From: Eledone cirrhosa
Lineage: Eukaryota
NCBI GenBank assembly: GCA_964016885.1
Contig: OZ024742.1
Location: 360,530,001 to 360,594,000 of the forward strand
DNA: 64,000 nt
Direction: 5' to 3'
Under the pieces are notes generated by a model, which worked only from the letters and a program-made list of their open reading frames with translations, searched no databases and was not told where the DNA came from. Each line of letters starts with the position of its first letter. The stretch's first letter is position 1. A program made the translations under genes and the position numbers. Positions 1 through 13,400 of the stretch are shown piece after piece.

Positions 1-3000
1 TGGACAAGAGATAGTTCTAGAGAGAGAGGGGAAGTAGATATAGTTCCAGAGAGAGAGGGGGAAAAGAAATAATTCTAAAGAGAGGGGGGAAGAAGAGATA
101 GTTGTAGAGAGAGGGAGAAGAGGAGATAGTTCTAGAGAGAGGGGTGAAGAAGAGATAGTTCTAGAGAGAGGGGGGGAAGAAGAGATAGTTCTAGAGAGAA
201 GAAGAGATAGTTCTAGAGAGAGAGGGGTGAAGAAGAGATAGTTCTAGAGAGGGGGGTAGAAGAGATAGTTCTATTGAGTGAGGGGAGAAGAGAGTGTTCT
301 AGAGAAAGAGGGAAGAGATAGTTCTAGAGAGAGGGGGAAGAAGAGATAGTACTATAGAGATGGGGGTGGGGACGAAGAGATAGTTCTAGAGAGAGGGGGG
401 AGAAGAGATAGTTCTAGAGAGCGGGGGAAGAAGAGATAGTTCTAGAGAGAGGGGGTAAGAAGAGATAGTTCTAGAGAGAGGGGGCGGTGAAGATATAGTT
501 CTAGAGAGAGGGGTGTAGAAGAGACAGTTCTAGAGAGAGGAGAGAAGAAGAGATAGTTCTAGAGAGAGGGGGAAGAAGAGATAGTTCTAGAGAGAGCGGG
601 ATAGAAGAGATAGTTCTAGAGAGATGGGGTGAAGAAGAGATAGTTCTAGAAAGGGGGGTAGAAGAGATAGTTCTAGAGAGAGTGGGAAGAAGAGATAGTT
701 CTAGAGAGAGGGGGAAGAAGAGATAGTTCTAGAGAGAGGGGGAAGAAGAGATAGTTCTAGACAGAGGGGGAGGAAGAAGAGAAAGTTCTAGAGACAGGGA
801 GGAAGAAGAGATAGTTCTAGGTGGAACGGGAAGGAGACATAGTTCTAGAGGGAGGGGGAGGGAGTAGAGATAGTTCTAGAGAGAAAGAGAGAAGAAGAGA
901 TAGTTCTAGAGAGAGGGGGATGTAGATATAGTTCCAGAGAGAGAGGGTAAAAGAGATAATTCTAGATAGAGGGGGAAGAAGAGATTGTTCTAGAGAGAGG
1001 GGAAAGAAGAGATAGTTTAGAGAGAGGGGGAAAAGAGATAGTTCTAGAGAGAGGCGGAAGAAGAGATAGTTCTAGAGAGAGGGGGAAAAGAGTTAGATCT
1101 AGAGAGAGGGGGATGAAGTGATAGTTCTAGAGAGAGGGGGAAGAAGAGTTAGTTCTAGAGAGAGGGGGAGGAAGAGATAGTTCTAGAGAGAGGGGGAAGA
1201 AGAGATAGTTCTAGAGAGAGGGGGAGAAGAGATAGTTCTAGAGAGAGGGGGAGAAGAAGAGATAGTTCTAGAGAGGGGGGAATAAGAGATAGTTCTATAG
1301 AGGGGGTAAGAAGAGATAGTTCTAGAGAGAGGCGGAAGAAGAGATAGTTCTAGTGAGAGGGGGAAAAGAGTTAGTTCTAGAGAGAGGGGGAAGTAGATAT
1401 AGTTCTAGAGAGAGGGGGAAGAAGAGATAATTCTAGAGAGAGGGGGCAAGTAGATATAGTTCCAGAATGAGAGGGGGAAAGAAATCGTTCTAGAGAGAGG
1501 GGGGAAGAAGAGATAGTTCTAGAGAGTGGGGGAAGAAGAGATAGTTCTAGAGAGAGGGGGAAAAGAGATAGTTCTAGAGAGAGGGGGAAGAAGTGATAGT
1601 TCTAGAGAGAGGGGGAAGAAGAGATAGTTCTAGAGAGAGAGGGAAGAAGAGATAGTTCTAGAGAGAGGGGGGAAGAAGAGATAGTTCTAGAGAGAAGAAG
1701 AGATAGTTCTAGAGAGAGGGGTGAAGAAGAGATAGTTCTAGAGAGGGGGGTAGAAGAGATAGTTCTAAAGAGAGTGGGAAGAAGAGATAGTTCTAGAGAG
1801 AGGGGGGGAAGAAGAGATAGTTCTATTGAGTGAGGGGAGAAGAGAGTGTTATAGAGAAAGAGGGAAGAGATAGTTCTAGAGAGAGGGGTAAGAAGAGATA
1901 GTACTAGAGAGATGGGGGTGGGGAAGAAGAGATAGTTCTAGAGAGAGGGGGGAGAAGAGATAGTTCTAGAGAGCGGGGGAAGAAGAGATAGTTCTAGAGA
2001 GAGGGGATAAGAAGAGATAGTTCTAGAGAGAGGGGGAAGAAGATATAGTTCTAGAGAGAGGGAGGCGGAGAAGATATAGTTCTAGAGAGAGGGGTGTAGA
2101 AGAGACAGTTCTAGAGAGAGGAGAGAAGAAGAGATAGTTCTAGAGAGAGGGGGAAGAAGAGATAGTTCTATAGAGAAGAAGAGATAGTTCTAGAGAGAGG
2201 GGTGAAGAAGAGATAGTTCTAGAGAGGGGGGTAGAAGAGATAGTTCTATTGAGTCAGGGGAGAAGAGAGTGTTCTAGAGAAAGAGGGAAGAGATAGTTCT
2301 AGAGAGAGGGGGAAGAAGAGATAGTACTAGAGAGATGGGGGTGGGGAAGAAGAGATAGTTCTAGAGAGGGGGGAGAAGAGATAGTTCTAGAGAGCGGGGG
2401 AAGAAGAGATAGTTCTAGAGAGAGGGGGTAAGAAGAGATAGTTCTAGAGAGAGGGGGAAGAAGATATAGTTCTAGAGAGAGGGGGCGGAGAAGATATAGT
2501 TCTAGAGAGAGGGGTGTAGAAGAGACAGTTCTAGAGAGAGGAGAGAAGAAGAGATAGTTCTAGAGAGAGGGGGAAGAAGAGATAGTTCTAGAGAGAGCGG
2601 GATAGAAGAGATAGTTCTAGAAAGATGGGGAAGAAGAGATAGTTCTAGAGAGAGGGGGAAGAAGAGATAGTTCTAGAGAGAGGGGGGAAGAAGAGATAGT
2701 TCTAGGTGGAACGGGAAGGAGACATAGTTCTAGAGGGAGGGGGAGGGAGTAGAGATAGTTCTAGAGAGAGGAGGAACAAGAGATAGTTCTAGAGAGAAAG
2801 AGAGAAGAAGAGATGGTTCTAGAGAGAGGGGGGATGTAGATATAGTTCCAGAGAGAGAGGGTAAAAGAGATAATTCTAGAGAGAGGGGGAAGAAGAGATT
2901 GTTCTAGAGAGAGGGAAAAGAAGAGATAGTTTACAGAGAGGGGGAAAAGAGATAGTTCTAAAGAGAGGCGGAAGAAGGGATAGTGCTAGAGAGAGGGGGA

Positions 3001-3629
3001 AAAGAGTTAGTTCTAGAGAGAGGGGGGAAGTAGATATAGTTCTAGAGAGAGGGGAAGAAGAGATAATTCTAGAGAGGGGGGGGCAAGTAGATATAGTTCC
3101 AGAATGAGAGGGGGGAAAGAAATAGTTCTAGAGAGAGGGGGGAAGAAGAGATAGTTCTAGAGAGAGGGGGAAGAAGAGATAGTTCTAGAGAGAGGGGGAA
3201 AAGAGATAGTTCTAGAGAGAGGGGGAAGAAGTGATAGTTCTAGAGAGAGGGGGAAGAAGAGATAGTTCTAGAGAGAGAGGGAAGAAGAGATAGTTCTAGA
3301 GAGAGGGGTAAAAGTGATAGTTCTAGAGAGAGGGGGGAAGTAGATATAGTTCTAGAAGGGGGGAAGAAGAGATAGTTCTAGAGAGAGGGGGAAGGAGAGA
3401 TAATTCTAGAGAGAGGGGGAAGAAGAGATAGTTCTAGAGAGAGGGGGAACAAGAGATAGTTCTAGAGAGATGGGGGAAGTAGATATAGTTCCAGAGACAG
3501 AGGGGGAAAAGAAATAATTCTAAAGAGAGGGGGGAAGAAGAGATAGCTGTAGAGAGAGGGGGAAGAGGAGATAGTTCTAGAGAGAGGGGTGAAGAAGAGA
3601 TAGTTCTAGAGAGGGGGGTAGAAGAGATA

Positions 3630-6600
3630 GTTCTAGAGAGAGGGGGGAAGAAGAGATAGTTCTATTGAGTGAGGGGAGAAGAGAGTGTTATAGAGAAAGA
3701 GGGAAGAGATAGTTCTAGAGAGAGGGGGAAGAAGAGATAGTACTAGAGAGATGGGGGTGGGGAAGAAGAGATAGTTCTAGAGAGAGGGGGGAGAAGAGAT
3801 AGTTCTAGAGAGCGGGGGAAGAAGAGATAGTTCTAGAGAGCGGGGGAAGAAGAGATAGTTCTAGAGAGAGGGGGAGAAGAGATAGTTCTAGAGAGAGGAG
3901 GAAGAAGATATAGTTCTAGAGAGAGGGAGGCGGAGAAGATATAGTTCTAGAGAGAGGGGTGTAGAAGAGACAGTTCTAGAGAGAGGAGAGAAGAAGAGAT
4001 AGTTCTAGAGAGAGGGGGAAAAAGAGATAGTTCTAGAGAGAGCGGGATAGAAGAGATAGTTCTAGAGAGATGGGGTGAAGAAGATAAAGTTCTAGAGAGG
4101 GGGGTAGAAGAGATAGTTCTAGAGAGAGTGGGAAGAAGAGATAGTTCTAGAGAGAGGGGGGAAGAAGAGATACTTCTATTGAGTGAGGGAAGAAGAGAGT
4201 GTTCTAGAGAAAGAGGGAAGAGATAGTTCTAGAGAGAGGGGGAAGAAGAGATAGTACTAGAGAGATGGGGGTGGGGAAGAAGAGATAGTTCTACAGAGAG
4301 GGGGGAGAAGAGATAGTTCTAGAGAGCGGGGGAAGAAGAGATAGTTCTAGAGAGAGGGGGTAAGAAGAGATAGTTCTAGAGAGAGGGGGAAGAAGATATA
4401 GTTCTAGAGAGAGGGGGGCGGAGAAGATATAGTTCTAGAGAGAGGAGTGTAGAAGAGACAGTTCTAGAGAGAGGAGAGAAGAAGAGATAGTTCTAGAAAG
4501 AGGGGGAAGAAGAGATAGTTCTAGAGAGAGCGGGATAGAAGAGATAGTTCTAGAGAGAGGGGGAAGAAGAGATAGTTCTAGAGAAAGGGGGAAGAAGAGA
4601 TAATTCTAGAGAGAAGGGGAAGAAGAGATAGTTCTAGAGAGAGGGGGAAGAAGAGATAGTTCTAGAGAGAGAGGGAAGAAGAGATAGTTCTAGAGAGAGG
4701 GGGGGGAGAAGAGAAAGTTCTAGAGAGAGGGAGGAAGAAGAGATAGTTCTAGGTGGAACGGGAAGGAGACATAGTTCTAGAGGTAGGGGGAGGGAGTAGA
4801 GATAGTTCTAGAGAGAGGAGGAACAAGAGATAGTTCTAGAGAGAAAGAGAGAAGAAGAGATAGTTCTAGAGAGAGGGGGAAGAAGAGATATTTCTAGAGA
4901 GAGGTGGCAAGTAGATATAGTTCCAGAATGAGAGGGGGAAAGAAATAGTTCTAGAGAGAGGGGGGAAGAAGAGATAGTTCTAGAGAGATGGGGAAGAAGT
5001 GATAGTTCTAGAGAGAGGGGGAAGAAGAGATAGTTCTAGAGAGAGAGGGAAGAAGAGATAGTTCTAGACAGAGGGGTAAAAGTGATAGTTCTAGAGAGAG
5101 GGGGGAAGTAGATATAGTTCTAGAAAGGGGGGAAGAAGAGATAGTTCTAGAGAGAGGGGGAAGAAGAGATAATTCTAGAGAGAGGGGGAAGAAGAGATAG
5201 TTCTAGAGAGAGTGGGAAGAAGAGATAGTTCTAGAGAGAGGGGGGAAGAAGAGATAGTTCTATTGAGTGAGGGAAGAAGAGAGTGTTCTAGAGAAAGAGG
5301 GAAGAGATAGTTCTAGAGAGAGGGGGAAGAAGAGATAGTACTAGAGAGATGGGGGTGGGGAAGAAGAGATAGTTCTACAGAGAGGGGGGAGAAGAGATAG
5401 TTCTAGAGAGCGGGGGAAGAAGAGATAGTTCTAGAGAGAGGAGAGAAGAAGAGATAGTTCTAGAGAGAGGGGGAAGAAGAGATAGTTCTAGAGAGAGCGG
5501 GATAGAAGAGATAGTTCTAGAGAGAGGGGGAAGAAGAGATAGTTCTAGAGAAAGGGGGAAGAAGAGATAATTCTAGAGAGAAGGGGAAGAAGAGATAGTT
5601 CTAGAGAGAGGGGGAAGAAGAGATAGTTCTAGAGAGAGGGGGGAAGAAGAGATAGTTCTATTGAGTGAGGGGAGAAGAGAGTGTTATAGAGAAAGAGGGA
5701 AGAGATAGTTCTAGAGAGAGGGGGAAGAAGAGATAGTACTAGAGAGATGGGGGTGGGGAAGAAGAGATAGTTCTAGAGAGAGGGGGGAGAAGAGATAGTT
5801 CTAGAGAGCGGGGGAAGAAGAGATAGTTCTAGAGAGCGGGGGAAGAAGAGATAGTTCTAGAGAGAGGGGGAGAAGAGATAGTTCTAGAGAGAGGAGGAAG
5901 AAGATATAGTTCTAGAGAGAGGGAGGCGGAGAAGATATAGTTCTAGAGAGAGGGGTGTAGAAGAGACAGTTCTAGAGAGAGGAGAGAAGAAGAGATAGTT
6001 CTAGAGAGAGGGGGAAAAAGAGATAGTTCTAGAGAGAGCGGGATAGAAGAGATAGTTCTAGAGAGATGGGGTGAAGAAGAGATAGTTCTAGAGAGGGGGG
6101 TAGAAGAGATAGTTCTAGAGAGAGTGGGAAGAAGAGATAGTTCTAGAGAGAGGGGGGAAGAAGAGATACTTCTATTGAGTGAGGGAAGAAGAGAGTGTTC
6201 TAGAGAAAGAGGGAAGAGATAGTTCTAGAAAGAGGGGGAAGAAGAGATAGTACTAGAGAGATGGGGGTGGGGAAGAAGAGATAGTTCTACAGAGAGGGGG
6301 GAGAAGAGATAGTTCTAGAGAGCGGGGGAAGAAGAGATAGTTCTAGAGAGAGGGGGTAAGAAGAGATAGTTCTAGAGAGAGGGGGAAGAAGATATAGTTC
6401 TAGAGAGAGGGGGGCGGAGAAGATATAGTTCTAGAGAGAGGAGTGTAGAAGAGACAGTTCTAGAGAGAGGAGAGAAGAAGAGATAGTTCTAGAGAGAGGG
6501 GGAAGAAGAGATAGTTCTAGAGAGAGCGGGATAGAAGAGATAGTTCTAGAGAGAGGGGGAAGAAGAGATAGTTCTAGAGAAAGGGGGAAGAAGAGATAAT

Positions 6601-7440
6601 TCTAGAGAGAAGGGGAAGAAGAGATAGTTCTAGAGAGAGGGGGAAGAAGAGATAGTTCTAGAGAGAGAGGGAAGAAGAGATAGTTCTAGAGAGAGGGGGG
6701 GGGAGAAGAGAAAGTTCTAGAGAGAGGGAGGAAGAAGAGATAGTTCTAGGTGGAACGGGAAGGAGACATAGTTCTAGAGGTAGGGGGAGGGAGTAGAGAT
6801 AGTTCTAGAGAGAGGAGGAACAAGAGATAGTTCTAGAGAGAAAGAGAGAAGAAGAGATAGTTCTAGAGAGAGGGGGAAGAAGAGATATTTCTAGAGAGAG
6901 GGGGCAAGTAGATATAGTTCCAGAATGAGAGGGGGAAAGAAATAGTTCTAGAGAGAGGGGGGAAGAAGAGATAGTTCTAGAGAGATGGGGAAGAAGTGAT
7001 AGTTCTAGAGAGAGGGGGAAGAAGAGATAGTTCTAGAGAGAGAGGGAAGAAGAGATAGTTCTAGACAGAGGGGTAAAAGTGATAGTTCTAGAGAGAGGGG
7101 GGAAGTAGATATAGTTCTAGAAAGGGGGGAAGAAGAGATAGTTCTAGAGAGAGGGGGAAGAAGAGATAATTGTAGAGAGAGGGGGAAGAAGAGATAGTTC
7201 TAGAGAGAGTGGGAAGAAGAGATAGTTCTAGAGAGAGGGGGGAAGAAGAGATAGTTCTATTGAGTGAGGGAAGAAGAGAGTGTTCTAGAGAAAGAGGGAA
7301 GAGATAGTTCTAGAGAGAGGGGGAAGAAGAGATTGTACTAGAGAGATGGGGGTGGGGAAGAAGAGATAGTTCTACAGAGAGGGGGGAGAAGAGATAGTTC
7401 TAGAGAGCGGGGGAAGAAGAGATAGTTCTAGAGAGAGGGG
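3630..7440 (+). repeat. Near-tandem duplication, offset ~1,996 bp (about 3630-5440 and 5626-7440)
   Basis: Rare variants recur at a constant offset: TCTATTGAGT 3661/5657, TACTTCTATT 4171/6167, GTGGAACGGG followed by GAGGTAGGGG 4753/6750. Confidence 0.88.
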
Positions 7441-7449
7441 GTAAGAAGA

Positions 7450-10400
7450 GATAATTCTAGAGAGAGGGGGAAGAAGATATAGTTCTAGAGAGAGGGGGGC
7501 GGAGAAGATATAGTTCTAGAGAGAGGGGGAAGAAGAGATAGTTCTAGAGAGAGGGGGAAGAAGAGATAATTCTAGAGAGAGGGGGAAGAAGAGATAGTTC
7601 TAGAGAGAGGGGGAAGAAGAGATAGTTCTAGAGAGAGAGGGAAGAAGAGATAGTTCTAGAGAGAGGGGGGGGAGAAGAGAAAGTTCTAGAGAGAGGGAGG
7701 AAGAAGAGATAGTTCTAGGTGGAACGGGAAGGAGACATAGTTCTAGAGGGAGGGGGAGGGAGTAGAGATAGTTCTAGAGAGAGGAGGAACAAGAGATAGT
7801 TCTAGAGAGAAAGAGAGAAGAAGAGATAGTTCTAGAGAGAGGGGGAAGAAGAGATATTTCTAGAGAGAGGGGACAAGTAGATATAGTTCCAGAATGAGAG
7901 GGGGAAAGAAATAGTTCTAGAGAGAGGGGGGAAGAAGAGATAGTTCTAGAGAGAGGGGGAAGAAGAGATAGTTCTAGAGAGCGGGGGAAAAGAGATAGTT
8001 CTAGAGAGAGGGGGAAGAAGTGATAGTTCTAGAGAGAGGGGGAAGAAGAGATAGTTCTAGAGAGGGAAGAAGAGATAGTTCTAGAGAGAGGGGTAAAAGT
8101 GATAGTTCTAGAGAGAGGGGGGAAGTAGATATAGTTCTAGAAAGTGGGGAAGAAGAGATAGTTCTAGAGAGAGGGGGAAGAAGAGATAATTCTAGAGAGA
8201 GGGGGTAGAAGAGTTAGTTCTAGAGAGAGGGGGAACAAGAGATAGTTCTAGAGAGAGGGGGAAGTAGATATAGTTCCAGAGACAGAGGGGGAAAAGAAAT
8301 AATTCTAAAGAGAGGGGGGGAAAAGAAATAATTCTAAAGAGAGGGGGGAAGAAGAGATAGTTGTAGAGAGAGGGGTGAAGAAGAGATAGTTCTAGAGAGA
8401 GGGGGGAAGAAGAGATAGTTCTAGAGAGAAGAAGAGATAGTTCTAGAGAGAGGGGTGAAGAAGAGATAGTTCTAGAGAGGGGGGTAGAAGAGATAGTTCT
8501 AGAGAGAGTGGGAAGAAGAGATAGTTCTAGAGAGAGGGGGGGGAAGAAGAGATAGTTCTATTGAGTGAGGGGAGAAGAGAGTGTTATAGAGAAAGAGGGA
8601 AGATGTAGTTCTAGAGAGAGGGGGAAGAAGAGATAGTACTAGAGAGATGGGGGTGGGGAAGAAGAGATAGTTCTAGAGAGAGGGGGGAGAAGAGATAGTT
8701 CTAGAGAGCGGGGGAAGAAGAGATAGTTCTAGAGAGAGGGGGTAAGAAGAGATAGTTCTAGAGAGAGGGGGAAGAAGATATAGTTCTAGAGAGAGGGGGG
8801 CGGAGAAGATATAGTTCTAGAGAGAGGGGTGTAGAAGAGACAGTTCTAGAGAGAGGAGAGAAGAAGAGATAGTTCTAGAGAGAGGGGGAAGAAGAGATAG
8901 CTCTAGAGAGAGCGGGATAGAAGAGATAGTTCTAGAGAGATGGGGTGAAGAAGAGATAGTTCTAGAGAGAAAGAGAGAAGAAGAGATAGTTCTAGAGAGA
9001 GGGGGGATGTAGATATAGTTCCAGAGAGAGAGGGTAAAAGAGATAATTCTAGAGAGAGGGGGAAGAAGAGATAGTTCTAGAGAGAGGGGAAAGAAGAGAT
9101 AGTTCTAGAGAGAGGGGGAAAAGAGATAGTTCTAGAGAGAGGCGGAAGAAGAGATAGTTCTAGAGAGAGGGGGAAAAGAGTTAGTTCTAGAGAGAGGGGG
9201 AAGAAGAGATAGTTCTAGAGAGAGGGGGGAGAAGAGATAGTTCTAGAGAGAGGGGGAGAAGAAGAGATAGTTCTAGAGAGGGGGGAATAAGAGATAGTTC
9301 TATAGAGGGGGGTAAGAAGAGATAGTTCTAGAGAGAGGGGGAAAAGAGATAGTTCTAGAGAGAGGGGGAAAAGAGTTAGTTCTAGAGAGAGGGGGGAAGT
9401 AGATATAGTTCTAGAGAGAGGGGGAGGTAGTAGAGATAGTTCTAGAGAGAGGAGGAACAAGAGATAGTTCTAGAGAGAAAGAGAGAAGAAGAGATAGTTC
9501 TAGAGAGAGGGGGAAGAAGAGATATTTCTAGAGAGAGGGGGCAAGTAGATATAGTTCCAGAATGAGAGGGGGAAAGAAATAGTTCTAGAGAGAGGGGGCA
9601 AGAAGAGCTAGTTCTAGAGAGAGGGGGAAGAAGAGATAGTTCTAGAGAGCGGGGGAAAAGAGATAGTTCTAGAGAGATGGGGAAGAAGTGATAGTTCTAG
9701 AGAGAGGGGGAAGAAGAGATAGTTCTAGAGAGAGAGGGAAGAAGAGATAGTTCTAGAGAGAGGGGTAAAAGTGATAGTTCTAGAGAGAGGGGGGAAGTAG
9801 ATATAGTTCTAGAAAGGGGGGAAGAAGAGATAGTACTAGAGAGATGGGGGTGGGGAAGAAGAGATAGTTCTACAGAGATGGGGGGAGAAGAGATAGTTCT
9901 AGAGAGCGGGGGAAGAAGAGATAGTTCTAGAGAGAGGGGGTAAGAAGAGATAGTTCTAGAGAGAGGGGGAAGAAGATATAGTTCTAGAGAGAGGGGGGCG
10001 GAGAAGATATAATTCTAGAGAGAGGGGGAAGAAGAGATAATTCTAGAGAGAGGGGGAAGAAGAGATAGTTCTAGAGAGAGGGGGAAGAAGAGATAGTTCT
10101 AGAGACAGAGGGAAGAAGAGATAGTTCTAGAGAGAGGGGGGGAGAAGAGAAAGTTCTAGAGAGAGGGAGGAAGAAGAGATAGTTCTAGGTGGAACGGGAA
10201 GGAGACATAGTTCTAGAGGGAGGGGGAGGGAGTAGAGATAGTTCTAGAAAGAGGAGGAACAAGAGATAGTTCTAGAGAGAGGGGGAAGAAGAGATATTTC
10301 TAGAGAGAGGGGACAAGTAGATATAGTTCCAGAATGAGAGGGGACAAGTAGATATAGTTCCAGAATGAGAGGGGGAAAGAAATAGTTCTAGAGAGAGGGG

Positions 10401-13400
10401 GGAAGAAGAGATAGTTCTAGAGAGAGGGGGAAGAAGAGATAGTTCTAGAGAGCGGGGGAAAAGAGATAGTTCTAGAGAGAGGGGGAAGAAGTGATAGTTC
10501 TAGAGAGAGGGGGAATAAGAGATAGTTCTAGAGAGGGAAGAAGAGATAGTTCTAGAGAGAGGGGTAAAAGTGATAGTTCTAGAGAGAGGGGGGAAGTAGA
10601 TATAGTTCTAGAAAGAGGGGAAGAAGAGATAGTTCTAGAGAGAGGGGGAAGAAGAGATAATTCTAGAGAGAGGGGGAAGAAGAGATAGTTCTAGAGAGAG
10701 GGGGAACAAGAGATAGTTCTAGAGAGAGGGGGAAGTAGATATAGTTCCAGAGACAGAGGGGGAAAAGAAATAATTCTAAAGAGAGGGGGGGAAAAGAAAT
10801 AATTCTAAAGAGAGGGGGGAAGAAGAGATAGTTGTAGAGAGAGGGGTGAAGAAGAGATAGTTCTAGAGAGAGGGGGGAAGAAGAGATAGTTCTAGAGAGA
10901 AGAAGAGATAGTTCTAGAGAGAGGGGTGAAGAAGAGATAGTTCTAGAGAGGGGGGTAGAAGAGATAGTTCTAGAGAGAGTGGGAAGAAGAGATAGTTCTA
11001 GAGAGAGGGGGGAAGAAGAGATAGTTCTATTGAGTGAGGGGAGAAGAGAGTGTTATAGAGAAAGAGGGAAGAGATAGTTCTAGAGAGAGGGGGAAGAAGA
11101 GATAGTACTAGAGAGATGGGGGTGGGGAAGAAGAGATAGTTCTAGAGAGAGGGGGAGAAGAGATAGTTCTAGAGAGCGGGGGAAGAAGAGATAGTTCTAG
11201 AGAGAGGGGGTAAGAAGAGATAGTTCTAGAGAGAGGGGGAAGAAGTGATAGTTCTAGAGAGAGGGGGGCGGAGAAGATATAGTTCTAGAGAGAGGGGTGT
11301 AGAAGAGACAGTTCTAGAGAGAGGAGAGAAGAAGAGATAGTTCTAGAGAGAGGGGGAAGAAGAGATAGCTCTAGAGAAAGCGGGATAGAAGAGATAGTTC
11401 TAGAGAGATGGGGTGAAGAAGAGATAGTTCTAGAGAGGGGGCTAGAAGAGATAGTTCTAGAGAGAGTGGGAAGAAGAGATAGTTCTAGAGAGAGGGGGGA
11501 AGAAGAGATAGTTCTATTGAGTGAGGGAAGAAGAGAGTGTTCTAGAGAAAGAGGGAAGAAGAGATAGTTCTAGAGAGAGGGGGGAAGAAGAGAAAGTTCT
11601 AGAGAGAGGGAGGAAGAAGAGATAGTTCTAGGTGGAACGGGAAGGAGACATAGTTCTAGAGGGAGGGGGAGGGAGTAGAGATAGTTCTAGATAGAGGAGG
11701 AACAAGAGATAGTTCTAGAGAGAGGGGGGATGTAGATATAGTTCCAGAGAGAGAGGGTAAAAGAGATAATTCTAGAGAGAGGGGGAAGAAGAGATAGTTC
11801 TAGAGAGAGGGGAAAGAAGAGATAGTTCTAGAGAGAGGGGGAAAAGAGATAGTTCTAGAGAGAGGCGGAAGAAGAGATAGTTCTAGAGAGAGGGGGAAAA
11901 GAGTTAGTTCTAGAGAGAGAGGAAGAAGAGATAGTTCTAGAGAGAGGGGGGGAGAAGAGATAGTTCTAGAGAGAGGGGGAGAAGAAGAGATAGTTCTAGA
12001 GAGGGGGGAATAAGAGATAGTTCTATAGAGGGGGGTAAGAAGAGATAGTTCTAGAGAGAGGGGGAAAAGAGATAGTTCTAGAGAGAGGGGGAAAAGAGTT
12101 AGTTCTAGAGAGAGGGGGGAAGTAGATATAGTTCTAGAGAGAGGGGGAGGAAGAGATAATTCTAGAGAGAGGGGGGAAGTAGATATAGTTCCAGAATGAG
12201 AGGGGGAAAGAAATAGTTCTAGAGAGAGGTGGGAAGAAGAGATAGTTCTAGAGAGAGGGGGAAGAAGAGATAGTTCTAGAGAGAGGGGGAAAAGAGATAG
12301 TTCTAGAGAGAGGGGTAAAAGTGATAGTTCTAGAGAGAGGGGGGAAGTAGATATAGTTCTAGAAAGGGCGGAAGAAGAGATAGTTCTAGAGAGAGGGGGA
12401 AGAAGAGATAATTCTAGAGAGAGGGGGAAGAAGAGATAGTTCTAGAGAGAGGGGGAACAAGAGGTAGTTCTAGAGAGAGAGGGGAAGTAGATATAGTTCC
12501 AGAGAGGGGGAAAAGAAATAATTCTAAAGAGAGGGGGGAAGAAGAGATAGTTGTGGAGAGAGGGGGAAGAGGAGATAGTTCTAGAGAGAGGGGTGAAGAA
12601 GAGATAGTTCTAGAGAGAGGGGGGAAGAAGAGATAGTTCTAGAGAGAAGAGATAGCTCTAGAGAGAGGGGTGAAGAAGAGATAGTTCTAGAGAGGGGGGG
12701 AAGTAGATATAGTTCCAGAGACAGAGGGGGAAAAGAAATAATTCTAAAGAGAGGGGGGGAAAAGAAATAATTCTAAAGAGAGGGGGGAAGAAGAGATAGT
12801 TGTAGAGAGAGGGGTGAAGAAGAGATAGTTCTAGAGAGAGGGGGGAAGAAGAGATAGTTCTAGAGAGAAGAAGAGATAGTTCTAGAGAGAGGGGTGAAGA
12901 AGAGATAGTTCTAGAGAGGGGGGTAGAAGAGATAGTTCTAGAGAGAGTGGGAAGAAGAGATAGTTCTAGAGAGAGGGGGGGAAGAAGAGATAGTTCTATT
13001 GAGTGAGGGGGAAGAAGAGATAGTACTAGAGAGATGGGGGTGGGGAAGAAGAGATAGTTCTAGAGAGAGGGGGGAGAAGAGATAGTTCTAGAGAGCGGGG
13101 GAAGAAGAGATAGTTCTAGAGAGAGGGGGTAAGAAGAGATAGTTCTAGAGAGAGGGGGAACAAGAGATAGTTCTAGATAGAGGGGGAAGAAGAGATATTT
13201 CTAGAGAGAGGGGACAAGTAGATATAGTTCCAGAATGAGAGGGGACAAGTAGATATAGTTCCAGAATGAGAGGGGGAAAGAAATAGTTCTAGAGAGAGGG
13301 GGGAAGAAGAGATAGTTCTAGAGAGAGGGGGAAGAAGAGATAGTTCTAGAGAGCGGGGGAAAAGAGATAGTTCTAGAGAGAGGGGGAAGAAGTGATAGTT